Part shown: positions 37,622 to 47,053 of the stretch, in pieces
How positions within the stretch are numbered: the stretch's first letter is position 1
Layout of the letters: each line of letters opens with the position of its first letter
From: Ignavibacteria bacterium
GTDB lineage: Bacteria > Bacteroidota > Ignavibacteria > Kapaibacteriales > UBA2268
DNA length: 64,000 bases
Direction of reading: 5' to 3'
NCBI GenBank assembly: GCA_037440445.1
Contig: JBBIUA010000002.1
Span: forward strand, 136,848-200,847
Notes under the pieces: generated by a model
Told to the model about the DNA's origin: nothing
Database searches by the model: none
The model's input: the letters and a program-made list of their open reading frames with translations, nothing else
Position numbers and translations under genes: made by a program

Positions 37622-38545
37622 ATGAACGAAAGTTTAGAATTTTTTCATACGCCCGTTCTTTTACAAGTTGTTATAGAATTAATATTTACCAATCCGAACG
37701 GTATTTATGTTGATGGAACAATTGGAGGTGGAGGTCATAGCGAGGCTATTCTATTGAGGCTTGGTGAAAAGGGGAAGATTTTTGGGTTTGACAAGGATAC
37801 AGAAGCAATTGAATATTGTCGGAGAAGGTTCAGAAATGAGCTCGAAAAAGGGGAGCATTCAAGAATTGAACTTTTCAACGAATGTTTTAGCAAAGCATGC
37901 AGCATAACGAGACATCGGGGGGTTTGGACAGGTTTTCTGCTCGATTTGGGGGTATCGTCACGGCAGCTCGATGAGAGCCGCCGTGGCTTTTCATACCGTG
38001 CGGCTGGTCCGTTGGATATGAGATTTTCGCCGCACGGAAGAACCGCAGAAGACCTGGTCAATGCAGCAAACGAGGAAGATTTGGCGGCTCTTCTTCGAGA
38101 ATTCGGAGAAGAGCCTTTTGCCAATAAGATTGCTAATCGAATTGTTAAACAACGGAAAATCTCTCCAATTCGAACTACTGTTGAACTTGCTCGTATAGTT
38201 GAAAGTGTGGTTCCCCCAAAATATTTAAAAAGTTCTCTTTCGCGTGTTTTCCAAGCAATCAGAATAGCAATAAACGAAGAGTTAAATGTATTGTTTAACA
38301 CTCTCCATTCTTCATTGGTTTGTATGGGTAATGGTGGGCGTATCGTGGTTATTTCATACCATTCACTCGAAGACCGCATCGTTAAAAATTTTTTCCGCAA
38401 ATATTCAAAAATTGAAAGAACCTCAAGTTCTGTGCCAAAAATTAAGATTCTAACAAAAAAACCAATAGTCCCTGATGAAAATGAAAAGAAGATGAATCCA
38501 CGCTCGCGGAGTGCTAAATTGCGCGCTGGTGAAGTAAATTTTTAA
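37622..38545 (+). CDS. rsmH: 16S rRNA (cytosine1402-N4)-methyltransferase
   Basis: HTPVLLQVVIELI...GIYVDGTIGGGGHSEAIL, LLDLGVSSRQLD and ISYHSLEDRIVK are RsmH/MraW signatures. Confidence 0.9.
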   Translation: MNESLEFFHTPVLLQVVIELIFTNPNGIYVDGTIGGGGHSEAILLRLGEKGKIFGFDKDTEAIEYCRRRFRNELEKGEHSRIELFNECFSKACSITRHRGVWTGFLLDLGVSSRQLDESRRGFSYRAAGPLDMRFSPHGRTAEDLVNAANEEDLAALLREFGEEPFANKIANRIVKQRKISPIRTTVELARIVESVVPPKYLKSSLSRVFQAIRIAINEELNVLFNTLHSSLVCMGNGGRIVVISYHSLEDRIVKNFFRKYSKIERTSSSVPKIKILTKKPIVPDENEKKMNPRSRSAKLRAGEVNF

Positions 38546-39687
38546 ACGAGCGATAGAAGGAGAAAGATAGAAACAAGACCATACTTGAATAATGGCTTTA
38601 AAATTTTCTTTTGTGAAGCAATTTTTTCGAAATGAAAAATTATTCCAAACGATACAAACATTACTGCAAAAGAGAATGAAAGGGATTCCAATATACCAAA
38701 TTGTCGCAGATAGAGTGTTGCCAAGCCAGGATACCAGGGTAACCCATAAAGGATAACAATATGAACGATATATACTATCAGAGCATTTTTACCCAATGTT
38801 CGGGCGGAACTTTTAATAAATTGAATTTTATTCAGAAATTTTTCATAAAAAGCTACTAAAACCGATAGAAGTATCAATACAAGCGACAACCTAATAACCG
38901 ACATTCCGGGGTTTCCTTTGTTAGGAACGTAAAAAGGTAAGTGTAGTGAATCAATAATAAAATACAAAGGAATACCTAAGAGAAGAGAAATTAGCCCAAA
39001 TAGCAAGCCTTTTTTTATTATAACTTTTGCGCGATTATGCATTGGAAATTGTTCAAGGTAGGTTCCGAATGCTGCGCCCAAGAATAAAAACCCAGAAAAT
39101 GGGAATATGGGGAAATACGAACCTTTGTTTAGCGAAAAATATGGTGCAATTGAGATTGGTAGATATTGATACCAATCAATTAAGTGAACGAATGGGGTTA
39201 AAGTAAAAATAATAATTCCAGTAAAAAAGGAAATAACTCCGAGTTTTCTATTGTTTTTAGTAAAGATAAAGTAAACTAAAAGCCAAATAAGAGTAAACCC
39301 AATTAGTTGCAAAATATTTACTTGCAAGAAAGGAATCAAAGTAGTTTTGTTCACGAAAAAAATATGAAAAGCTTTTTGGACAGGGAAATTTAGAAAATAA
39401 CCTAAAAAAACCAATAAGAGGGCGGTTTTAATACGTTTGGTTACAATTTCATTTGAAACCTTTCCTTCAATACGCTTATTAGCAAAAACTTGTACGGTCC
39501 CAGAGATAAAAAGGAAAATAGGGGCAGTTAGACCACGAAGGAATTCCCAAATATTCCAGGGGAAGTTAGTGATTGAATAAAGATTGGGTCGAACAAGGTC
39601 GAAAAAAGAATGCCCCAGTATCATCATCATCATTGCGATTACTCGCATTAAATCTAAGTGTTCAAGCCTTTGGCTTTGTTTATTCAT
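38542..39687 (-). CDS. Polytopic membrane protein, acyltransferase-3/DUF1624-like
   Basis: 381 aa, ~10 TM helices. The N-terminal RLEHLDLMRVIAMMMMILGHSF resembles the conserved start of Acyltransf_3/DUF1624 proteins. Convergent with rsmH, with overlapping stop codons. Confidence 0.4.
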   Translation of the reverse strand: MNKQSQRLEHLDLMRVIAMMMMILGHSFFDLVRPNLYSITNFPWNIWEFLRGLTAPIFLFISGTVQVFANKRIEGKVSNEIVTKRIKTALLLVFLGYFLNFPVQKAFHIFFVNKTTLIPFLQVNILQLIGFTLIWLLVYFIFTKNNRKLGVISFFTGIIIFTLTPFVHLIDWYQYLPISIAPYFSLNKGSYFPIFPFSGFLFLGAAFGTYLEQFPMHNRAKVIIKKGLLFGLISLLLGIPLYFIIDSLHLPFYVPNKGNPGMSVIRLSLVLILLSVLVAFYEKFLNKIQFIKSSARTLGKNALIVYIVHIVILYGLPWYPGLATLYLRQFGILESLSFSFAVMFVSFGIIFHFEKIASQKKILKPLFKYGLVSIFLLLSLV

Positions 39688-39730
39688 AAAAGAAAATATT
39701 TAAGGATTTTAAGTCGATATGTTTGTAAAT

Positions 39731-40378
39731 TTATTTTAAAACATAACCTGTTTCTTTTGCCCAGAAAAGTAAGTCCAATTCCGGAGGGGAAATTCCCAAA
39801 AAGTGAGCAAAATGGAAAAAAGTCTGTTCTGCTTCTAAATATTTTTTTTTCGATGAAAGTGAAAAATTCCCAGGAAGTGCTTCATATGAGATTAAATTTT
39901 TTATTATATGACGATCTAAAACTGCAAAGTCGCGGTATCCAATATTTCGAAGAAAATGAGAAGCTTCTTTGAGTCCAAATCCCCGAACATTTTGCAAGAG
40001 CAGATTCCTTTTTTCGAAAGGAGGAATTTTGGAATTAACTATTGAAAGAATTTTGTCCCAGTTTTCGCGAGCTAAAATTAGTCTTTTTGATTTTGTATTA
40101 TGAAATCTAATGTAAAATTTATTCTCATTTGTTTTTGAAATTCCATTCCCTCTCAATACATTTGTTGGGTCGAAACCTATTTCGAAAAATTTTCTTTTTT
40201 TCAACTCATCGACAGCGTAAAGAGCATATTCGGCTTTTGTTGCTGGGGTAAGAAGGCAGTAGCAAAGTTCATAAAAATAATCTTCTTGGGGTAAATTTGT
40301 AAAAGAATTCAGTCGTTCTTGAATATCTTTTTTAAACTTTCGATATAGGTCATAAATTTCTTTCATTCTTATTTTCAA
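39731..40378 (-). CDS. HhH-GPD DNA glycosylase, Ogg2-like (8-oxoguanine DNA glycosylase/AP lyase)
   Basis: 215 aa; helix-hairpin-helix followed by the catalytic Asp (GFGLKEASHFLRNIGYRDFAVLDRH), in a small Ogg2/AGOG-sized protein. Confidence 0.5.
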   Translation of the reverse strand: MKIRMKEIYDLYRKFKKDIQERLNSFTNLPQEDYFYELCYCLLTPATKAEYALYAVDELKKRKFFEIGFDPTNVLRGNGISKTNENKFYIRFHNTKSKRLILARENWDKILSIVNSKIPPFEKRNLLLQNVRGFGLKEASHFLRNIGYRDFAVLDRHIIKNLISYEALPGNFSLSSKKKYLEAEQTFFHFAHFLGISPPELDLLFWAKETGYVLK

Positions 40379-41616
40379 ATGGATTGAAATTTTTTTCGAT
40401 ATGCGTTAAGTGTTAAGCCAGCAAGAACACAATTAACTAAAAAGAACGAGCCACCGCTACTAACAAAAGGCAATGGAATTCCCATAACAGGGAAAAGTCC
40501 AATTGTCATTCCAACATTTTCGATAAAATGAAAAATAAGCATTACCGAGTATCCAAGAACGGAGTATCTCAAAAAAGGTGATATAGATTCTAATCCAATT
40601 TTAATTGTTCTTCGAATTAGTATAAAAAAGGCGATAATAATCAAAGTTGAGCCAATGAAACCAAACTCTTCTGAAGGAATAGAAAAAACAAAGTCTGAAC
40701 TTTGTGCATATACATACTGTAGTTGTGTTTGCGTACCAGAAAATGGACCTTTCCCAAAGAAACCACCACTGCCAACAGCAAGAAGCGATTGAATAAGATT
40801 ATAACTGGCTCGGTCAGGTTCAAAAGCAGGGTCAATGAATGTATGTATTCTTTTTTGTTGGTGGGCAGGAAGATGCTGAATTAATTCCTTACTTGAAATA
40901 GCAAATACAATACTAATTGAAATTATTATTATTGTCTTTGAATAATTCCTTTTGTTAGCGAAAATAAGTATTGCAGAAAAAAGAATGGAAACTAATACGA
41001 ATTCGACAATCCCTTTCAAATAAAATAGGGTGAGGAGTGGAATTCCGAGAAGTGTAAGTAAAATATTTAATTTAAAACCTGTCCAAAATAGGAATCCCCA
41101 AAAGATAGCAATTATAACAATAGCAGTACCGAAATCTGGTTGCAGAATAATCAAAAAAATTGGGATTAAAAAAATGATCGAAAGAATACCAAACCCTCGA
41201 ACATTATTTAGAGAAACACCGGGGATTGAAATAAAGAAGGCTGAAGTGAGGATTAATGCAAGTTTTGCAAATTCTGAAGGTTGGATTGAAAAGCCACCGA
41301 TTTTTATCCAGCCCTTGGTTCCATAAGTTGGGTCTGCAAAAAAAAGGACAATTATTAGAAGGATAATTGAAAAAAAGTACGACGGAAGAGTTAGGATTTG
41401 AATTTTATCTTCTGGAACGAAAGAAATGAAAAACATAAGTATAATTCCCCAAAACACATAAGTAAGATGTTTGTTGAAATTGTCGAGTGTTTCCGCGTTC
41501 AAATTGTTGCTGTAAACAGAGTAAACTCCAACTAATACTAGAAATAAAAGACTGCCAAGAAAATAAACATCGAAAATTTTGTTGAAAGATTTATTTCCAA
41601 GTTTTATTTTTTCCAT
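40375..41616 (-). CDS. SEDS-family peptidoglycan glycosyltransferase (FtsW/RodA)
   Basis: QPSEFAKLALIL signature and a 10-TM layout; 413 aa. Confidence 0.8.
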   Translation of the reverse strand: MEKIKLGNKSFNKIFDVYFLGSLLFLVLVGVYSVYSNNLNAETLDNFNKHLTYVFWGIILMFFISFVPEDKIQILTLPSYFFSIILLIIVLFFADPTYGTKGWIKIGGFSIQPSEFAKLALILTSAFFISIPGVSLNNVRGFGILSIIFLIPIFLIILQPDFGTAIVIIAIFWGFLFWTGFKLNILLTLLGIPLLTLFYLKGIVEFVLVSILFSAILIFANKRNYSKTIIIISISIVFAISSKELIQHLPAHQQKRIHTFIDPAFEPDRASYNLIQSLLAVGSGGFFGKGPFSGTQTQLQYVYAQSSDFVFSIPSEEFGFIGSTLIIIAFFILIRRTIKIGLESISPFLRYSVLGYSVMLIFHFIENVGMTIGLFPVMGIPLPFVSSGGSFFLVNCVLAGLTLNAYRKKFQSI

Positions 41617-41619
41617 TTT

Positions 41620-42513
41620 CTAAAAATTAAATTCTTTGCCAATAATTCTTCGATGGGCTTCCTTATATTTTTGGACAATTTTTTCAATAATTTCTTGTGG
41701 GAGAGAAGGAGGCGGAGGAACTTTGTTCCAATTTAGAGATTCAAGATAATCGCGGAGGACTTGTTTATCGAAGTTGTATTGGGGTTTCCCCGGGGCATAA
41801 TCTTCTTTCAGCCAAAAGCGAGAAGAATCGGGAGTAAGAACTTCGTCAATTAGAATAAGTTCACCTTTTTCGTCGATACCGAATTCGAATTTTGTATCTG
41901 CAAGAATAATATTTCGTGATTCAAGAAATTCAGAAGCGAATTTGAAAATTTCAATAGATTTTGAACGAACCTTTTCGGCAAGTTCATTTCCAAGCACTTT
42001 TCGGGTGTATTCGAAATCTACATTTTCGTCGTGTCCCACTTCGGCTTTTGTTGAAGGTGTGAAAATTGGTTCTGGTAGTTTATCAAATTCAACTAAACCT
42101 TCGGGGAGGGGAATACCGCAAATAGTTCTACTTTTTTGGTATTCTTTCCAACCCGAACCAGCAATATATCCTCGTACAATTGCCTCAATTGGAAGAGGTT
42201 TGCATTTTTTTACCAACATCGAGCGTCCCCAAAGAACATCACGATATTCTTGGCATTCGGTAGGATATTCATCAATGTTATCGGTAAGAAAATGATTTGC
42301 AATAATGTGCTGCGTATTTTCTAACCAGAATTTTGAAATCTGGGTTAGAATTATTCCTTTAAAAGGAATTGGTTCGTTCATAACGACGTCGAACGCGGAG
42401 ATTCTGTCGGTTGCAACAAAGAGTAAGAATTTTTCGAACTCATAAATGTCGCGAACTTTTCCGCGGTTTTTGAGTTTGATATTAGGAAAATTTGTTTGAA
42501 AGACAACTCCCAT
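41620..42513 (-). CDS. purC: Phosphoribosylaminoimidazole-succinocarboxamide synthase
   Basis: GKVRDIYE...LLFVATDRISAFD, ILADTKFEFG and the eukaryote-like long PurC form. Confidence 0.9.
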   Translation of the reverse strand: MGVVFQTNFPNIKLKNRGKVRDIYEFEKFLLFVATDRISAFDVVMNEPIPFKGIILTQISKFWLENTQHIIANHFLTDNIDEYPTECQEYRDVLWGRSMLVKKCKPLPIEAIVRGYIAGSGWKEYQKSRTICGIPLPEGLVEFDKLPEPIFTPSTKAEVGHDENVDFEYTRKVLGNELAEKVRSKSIEIFKFASEFLESRNIILADTKFEFGIDEKGELILIDEVLTPDSSRFWLKEDYAPGKPQYNFDKQVLRDYLESLNWNKVPPPPSLPQEIIEKIVQKYKEAHRRIIGKEFNF

Positions 42514-42514
42514 A

Positions 42515-45091
42515 TTATAAGATTATTTTTGTGTAATAAACAATATAATCAAAAAAATTGAATAAGTATTCTTGGATACCAAAATAAACAATCAAGATGG
42601 TAAAAATAAAAGCAAGAGCCCAAATATAAGCCTTCGAAGGACGGATATCGAATACAATCCAAACAGATTTTATTATTCTTTGTAAACACCACAAGATTAT
42701 AAAAGCAAAGGAAATGTGGAAAAAATAGGCTAAAATACTTGAAATAGGAAGAATTCTATTTATAAAGATAGCAATTGGAAGTAAAAGTATTATTGGTTGG
42801 CAAGCCCAAATAATCATCTTAAAAGTATCATCGAAAAAAATCTTGGAACGAACAAAAAAAGAGGCAATTTTTAGTAAAACTGCCAAAAGGAATAATTTGA
42901 AATATGCCAATAAGGAAAAAATAATTATTGCAAGAACAGGGTTCCAAGCAAGTTTAAAAATCCACTCACGAATGAAGAAAGATGGAACAAATAGACTTAC
43001 CAAAAATTGAAATTCATCAAATGTTTTATAATAAGTAATAATTGAAGAAATATAAGTTCCTATTATCATTGAAAGGACTAAGCCGAAAAATGCCGTTTGT
43101 AGTTCAGAAATAATTCTTTTATCACGAATATCAGCAAAGAAGTTGTAAGTACGAAAAGCAGAACGAAAGGTATATTCTCGGAATCTTTTGCTCCGATTTA
43201 ACATTATGCTCCAAATTAAAACGGCTACTATTCCAGACACGATGTAGGTAGCATTGAGTGGAAATTCAGGTAAACCCGGATTTATAATTGGAGTTTCTTC
43301 ATTATTGAACAATGACTTTAAGACATTAAATGCGACCCTTTGTTGATTGAATTCCTGAATGCCAGAAAAAGATATGTATGGTTCAATGTAAGCAGATTTC
43401 GACAAAGGATTTTCGGTAAAGTAATCGTTATAACTCCAAACTACTACTCCAGAAAAGCCAGCGCGACTCTGTAAATTGAATTTTTCTAATATATTGAACG
43501 CTTGGTATTCAACCGACATAGGGTTGTTGTAGCCATTATGGTTACTCGGGTTTATTATTGTTCCAAATGAAAAAATTAGGGGTTTCTTAACAACTTCAGT
43601 GTAACTTGCAAGCGTTGAAAGGAGTTGGTTTTGTCTTTTTTTAAATTTAAAATTGTCTTTCACAATAATAAAGTCCAAAGATTCTATATTTTGGAAATTT
43701 TGTCCTGCAAAAAAAGAAGCATAAGTATATATTTTCCCAAAATGATCAATTCTATTAGACATTTTTTCGAAATAATCTTTAATGATGTTTGAACTTGCAT
43801 CTAAACCTTCTCCAAGCCCAATAGCAAAAAAGGATGGGTTAAGCCCACAAAACTTGCAAATGTTTTCAGAAATTGTTTGAAATCTTATAAACAAATCGGA
43901 TTTTTTTATTAACGATGAAGGAATGTAATATACAGGCAAGTCAACAAGAACAATTAAACCATATCGATTTGCCAGAGTTAAAAAAATTGGGTTTGGTGAA
44001 CTAAACAAAACTCTAACAGCATTTGCCCCAAGCGATTTTAAATTTTTTAAATCTGATTCAAATTTCTTAAGCTTTTGATTAGTATTGTAATAATCATATT
44101 CTTCAATAAAATCAACAGCTTTTAAGGTAAATGGCTTACCGTTCAAAATCCAACTAACCCCTTTTTTATAACTTGTAGTTTCCCACTTAGATATTCCGAC
44201 ATCGTTTGAAATATCGTCGATTAGGCTATCTCCAAGACTTAATTTGGCTTCCAAAGAGTAAAGATAAGGATTTTCTGGTTCCCAAAGTGTTGGATTTAAC
44301 AAAGTTAAAGAGGTTTCCAAGAAAATGCTTCTAAAAGAAGATATACTAATTATCTGTGGTTGGGTTTGAGAAATTATTTGATTTGTTTCTGTGTTTCGCA
44401 AAAATAATTCAAGTTTGAAAGTAATGCGATTTTGGTTTGCAAAATTTTGGGTTTTTAAAAGCGGTTCGATTTCGAATGAACTTATGTTCAATTTGGTTTT
44501 CAATTCGACTTTAGAAAGTGATTCAAAGGATAATGAATATGACAATGAATTAATAAAGACAGGAGAAGTTCGAACTAAGAAAAAATCTCTTGAAATTCCT
44601 GTTACAATTTTTCGAAAGTATTGATAGTTTTGTTTAACAAGATATGCCAAGGATTGCGAAGGGCTTACTATTAGAGTAATTTCATTTTTTTCTTTAACAA
44701 TAAATTTGTTAGGAATCGAAACCCAAAGCGGTGTTCCGTCAGAGATAAACTTACCCAAAAATTGTGAGTTCCAAAATATTTCAATTTCATCGTTCAATCC
44801 AAGAAAATAAAAGTGCCAAACTGAATTTGGAAGTAGTTTTCTGTCGATTCGAATTGTTTTTTTGAATGTAACCTGATTGCAATTGTAAAAAACTTTTGGG
44901 AGGTAAAACGAACCAGTAGTGCCATCGACGAGTTTTGTTTCCCAATAACCATTTAATTTGAAAATTATCCTGGAGTTAGAATTTAAAATCATTCTTGTTA
45001 GTTCATCCTGAGAGGCAGATGATTGAGAAAATGTGAGGTTGGTTGTGGCGAAAATCAAAAAAATAAGAAAGAAAAAAATCGAAAAATTCAT
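42515..45091 (-). CDS. Fusion protein: secreted GH2-like glycoside-hydrolase module (sugar-binding jelly roll + Ig-like + TIM-barrel-like) fused to a C-terminal polytopic membrane domain
   Basis: Signal peptide; LWEPENPYLYSLEAKL (the characteristic end of the GH2 Ig-like domain), followed by ...ILNGKPFTLKAVDF...SLGANAVRV (start of a TIM barrel); then ~260 aa with ~8 hydrophobic helices (GIVAVLIWSIMLN ... ALAFIFTILIVYFGI). Confidence 0.5.
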   Translation of the reverse strand: MNFSIFFFLIFLIFATTNLTFSQSSASQDELTRMILNSNSRIIFKLNGYWETKLVDGTTGSFYLPKVFYNCNQVTFKKTIRIDRKLLPNSVWHFYFLGLNDEIEIFWNSQFLGKFISDGTPLWVSIPNKFIVKEKNEITLIVSPSQSLAYLVKQNYQYFRKIVTGISRDFFLVRTSPVFINSLSYSLSFESLSKVELKTKLNISSFEIEPLLKTQNFANQNRITFKLELFLRNTETNQIISQTQPQIISISSFRSIFLETSLTLLNPTLWEPENPYLYSLEAKLSLGDSLIDDISNDVGISKWETTSYKKGVSWILNGKPFTLKAVDFIEEYDYYNTNQKLKKFESDLKNLKSLGANAVRVLFSSPNPIFLTLANRYGLIVLVDLPVYYIPSSLIKKSDLFIRFQTISENICKFCGLNPSFFAIGLGEGLDASSNIIKDYFEKMSNRIDHFGKIYTYASFFAGQNFQNIESLDFIIVKDNFKFKKRQNQLLSTLASYTEVVKKPLIFSFGTIINPSNHNGYNNPMSVEYQAFNILEKFNLQSRAGFSGVVVWSYNDYFTENPLSKSAYIEPYISFSGIQEFNQQRVAFNVLKSLFNNEETPIINPGLPEFPLNATYIVSGIVAVLIWSIMLNRSKRFREYTFRSAFRTYNFFADIRDKRIISELQTAFFGLVLSMIIGTYISSIITYYKTFDEFQFLVSLFVPSFFIREWIFKLAWNPVLAIIIFSLLAYFKLFLLAVLLKIASFFVRSKIFFDDTFKMIIWACQPIILLLPIAIFINRILPISSILAYFFHISFAFIILWCLQRIIKSVWIVFDIRPSKAYIWALAFIFTILIVYFGIQEYLFNFFDYIVYYTKIIL

Positions 45092-46428
45092 TTTGTCACC
45101 TTATTACAAAAACTCGGGACTTTCACAATAGAAATTAAAAAAATTCCAACGAGAAAAAACAAAATTAAAGATAAAATAGCAAAACGATATGATTTTGTGA
45201 CTTGTAAAATTAGACCAAAGACTAAAGGACCAATCCAACTGGAGCCTTTTTCGCTAATTTCATATAAACTGAAATATTCTGTTGAATTACTTTCTGGAAT
45301 TAGATTCGAAAAAATGGAACGACTTAGGGCTTGCGTTCCACCAAGAACGAATGAAATCGAAAATGCTAAACCCGCAAAACCAATCCAATCACGAAGAAAA
45401 AAGTATGAATAGATAATAATAATGTTCCAAATTATAAGACAAATGATAAGGGTTTTCTTTGAACCCAATTTTTGCGTAATTCGCGCAACGATGATAGTTC
45501 CAAAATATGAAAGAAATTGAACAAGAAGAATTGTGAGAACAAGGAAATCCATTGAAAGTTTTAATTCTTGGCGTCCAAACTGTGTTGAAATTACTATAAC
45601 TGTTTGAACTCCGTCATTAAAGAACAAATAGGCAACAAGGAAAAGCCATGCATTCTTGTTCTTTGCAAGTTCCCTTATTGTTTTGAGAAGATTCAATAAT
45701 ATTTTTTTATTGGAACTTGATTGGGGATAGGCAGAGAAACTAAATCCTCGCATCCAATAAAATGATAGCAGCGAAAAAGAAAGCCACCATAAAGCAGTAA
45801 GTCCAAACGCAATTCGAATTGCCTCATCTATTGAAAAGTCAAAAAAATTATGAAAATAAATAAAAACAAGATTCAATGCTAAATTGATCCCACCGCCGAT
45901 ATATCCAAATGCCCAACCTTTGGAAGAAATAATATCGCGCTTTTCTGGCTCGCAAATATGATTTAGAAGACTATTGTAAACAACTACACTTGCACCAAAG
46001 AAAAAGTTTGAAAATATGAATGTAATTGATAGAATGTTGAAATGTTTTTCGCTAAGAAAAGAAAATGATAATGTAAGAATTGATCCCAAAAGAGCAAATA
46101 ATATTAAAAAATTGAGTTTTTTTCCTGTCACATCAACAAATGCTGCAATTAATGGAAGAAAAAAGAATTGCAAAAGGACAGAAATTGAGACAAGGTATGA
46201 ATACAATGAATCTGAATAAATTGTTAATCCAACAATTTCGATTAATCCGTTGGGATTTGCAATCTTGCTTGCAATTTGCGAAATGAAAGGACCAAAGAAG
46301 ACTGTCAGAACATTTGTAACATAAGCGGAATTTGCCCAGTCATACAAAAACCAGCCTCGAAGAACACGGATTTGGTTTAAACCCACTTTGTTAGGCTTTA
46401 AAGTGTTCGGGGAAAAGAATTTCTTCAA
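45088..46428 (-). CDS. MFS transporter, UMF1 (Atg22-like) family
   Basis: N-terminal RGWFLYDWANSAYVT (the family-typical W-x-x-Y-D-x-A-N-S motif) and 12 TM helices. Confidence 0.6.
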   Translation of the reverse strand: MKKFFSPNTLKPNKVGLNQIRVLRGWFLYDWANSAYVTNVLTVFFGPFISQIASKIANPNGLIEIVGLTIYSDSLYSYLVSISVLLQFFFLPLIAAFVDVTGKKLNFLILFALLGSILTLSFSFLSEKHFNILSITFIFSNFFFGASVVVYNSLLNHICEPEKRDIISSKGWAFGYIGGGINLALNLVFIYFHNFFDFSIDEAIRIAFGLTALWWLSFSLLSFYWMRGFSFSAYPQSSSNKKILLNLLKTIRELAKNKNAWLFLVAYLFFNDGVQTVIVISTQFGRQELKLSMDFLVLTILLVQFLSYFGTIIVARITQKLGSKKTLIICLIIWNIIIIYSYFFLRDWIGFAGLAFSISFVLGGTQALSRSIFSNLIPESNSTEYFSLYEISEKGSSWIGPLVFGLILQVTKSYRFAILSLILFFLVGIFLISIVKVPSFCNKVTK

Positions 46429-46996
46429 TTATTTCGCACCAAATATGACCAATCATTATATGGCATTCTTGTATTAATGCAGTTTCATATTCGGGGACAA
46501 CAACAGGAAACTTGCACTTTTTTGAAATTGGTCCACCATCACCACCAAGTAATCCGATTGTAAATAAATTCATTTGGTTTGCAATTTCAACTGCGCGCAG
46601 AACATTAGTGGATTTTCCACTGGTTGAAATTCCAATTAATATGTCACCTTCTTTGCCATAGGCTTCAACTTCACGAGAGAAAACATTTTCGAATCCAATA
46701 TCGTTTCCTCCAGCAGTCATAATAGAAGGGTCAACTGTTAAAGCAATAGCAGGCAAAGCCTTTCTGTTCACATTGCTTCGAAATCGGATAACAAGTTCAG
46801 CAGCAATATGTTGGCTATCTGCGGCGCTACCACCATTTCCACATAGTAAGATTTTGTTTCCAAGTAGAAGTTGCTTTGCAATTATTTCTCCTGCTTGAAT
46901 AACTCTGTCGGCAAGTGTTTCAATAATTCGCTTTTTTACATTTATACTTCGTTCAATTCTTGCAATGATATCGTATGTTATTTTCTCCATATTCAA
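46391..46996 (-). CDS. gmhA: D-sedoheptulose-7-phosphate isomerase (SIS domain)
   Basis: ILLCGNGGSAADSQHIAAEL and a GmhA-like C-terminus (ALIQECHIMIGHIWCE). Confidence 0.8.
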   Translation of the reverse strand: MNMEKITYDIIARIERSINVKKRIIETLADRVIQAGEIIAKQLLLGNKILLCGNGGSAADSQHIAAELVIRFRSNVNRKALPAIALTVDPSIMTAGGNDIGFENVFSREVEAYGKEGDILIGISTSGKSTNVLRAVEIANQMNLFTIGLLGGDGGPISKKCKFPVVVPEYETALIQECHIMIGHIWCEIIEEILFPEHFKA

Positions 46997-47053
46997 TCTC
47001 GAAATTAATATTACAAAATTTCTATTTTTGTATTTATTTTACTAAGAAAACAA

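Noticed and set aside
37735-38400. 221-aa minus-strand ORF
   Set aside because: Antisense to rsmH, whose RsmH signatures are unambiguous. The translation is Ser/Arg/Leu-rich with no motifs. It is a typical shadow ORF in the locally higher-GC rsmH region.
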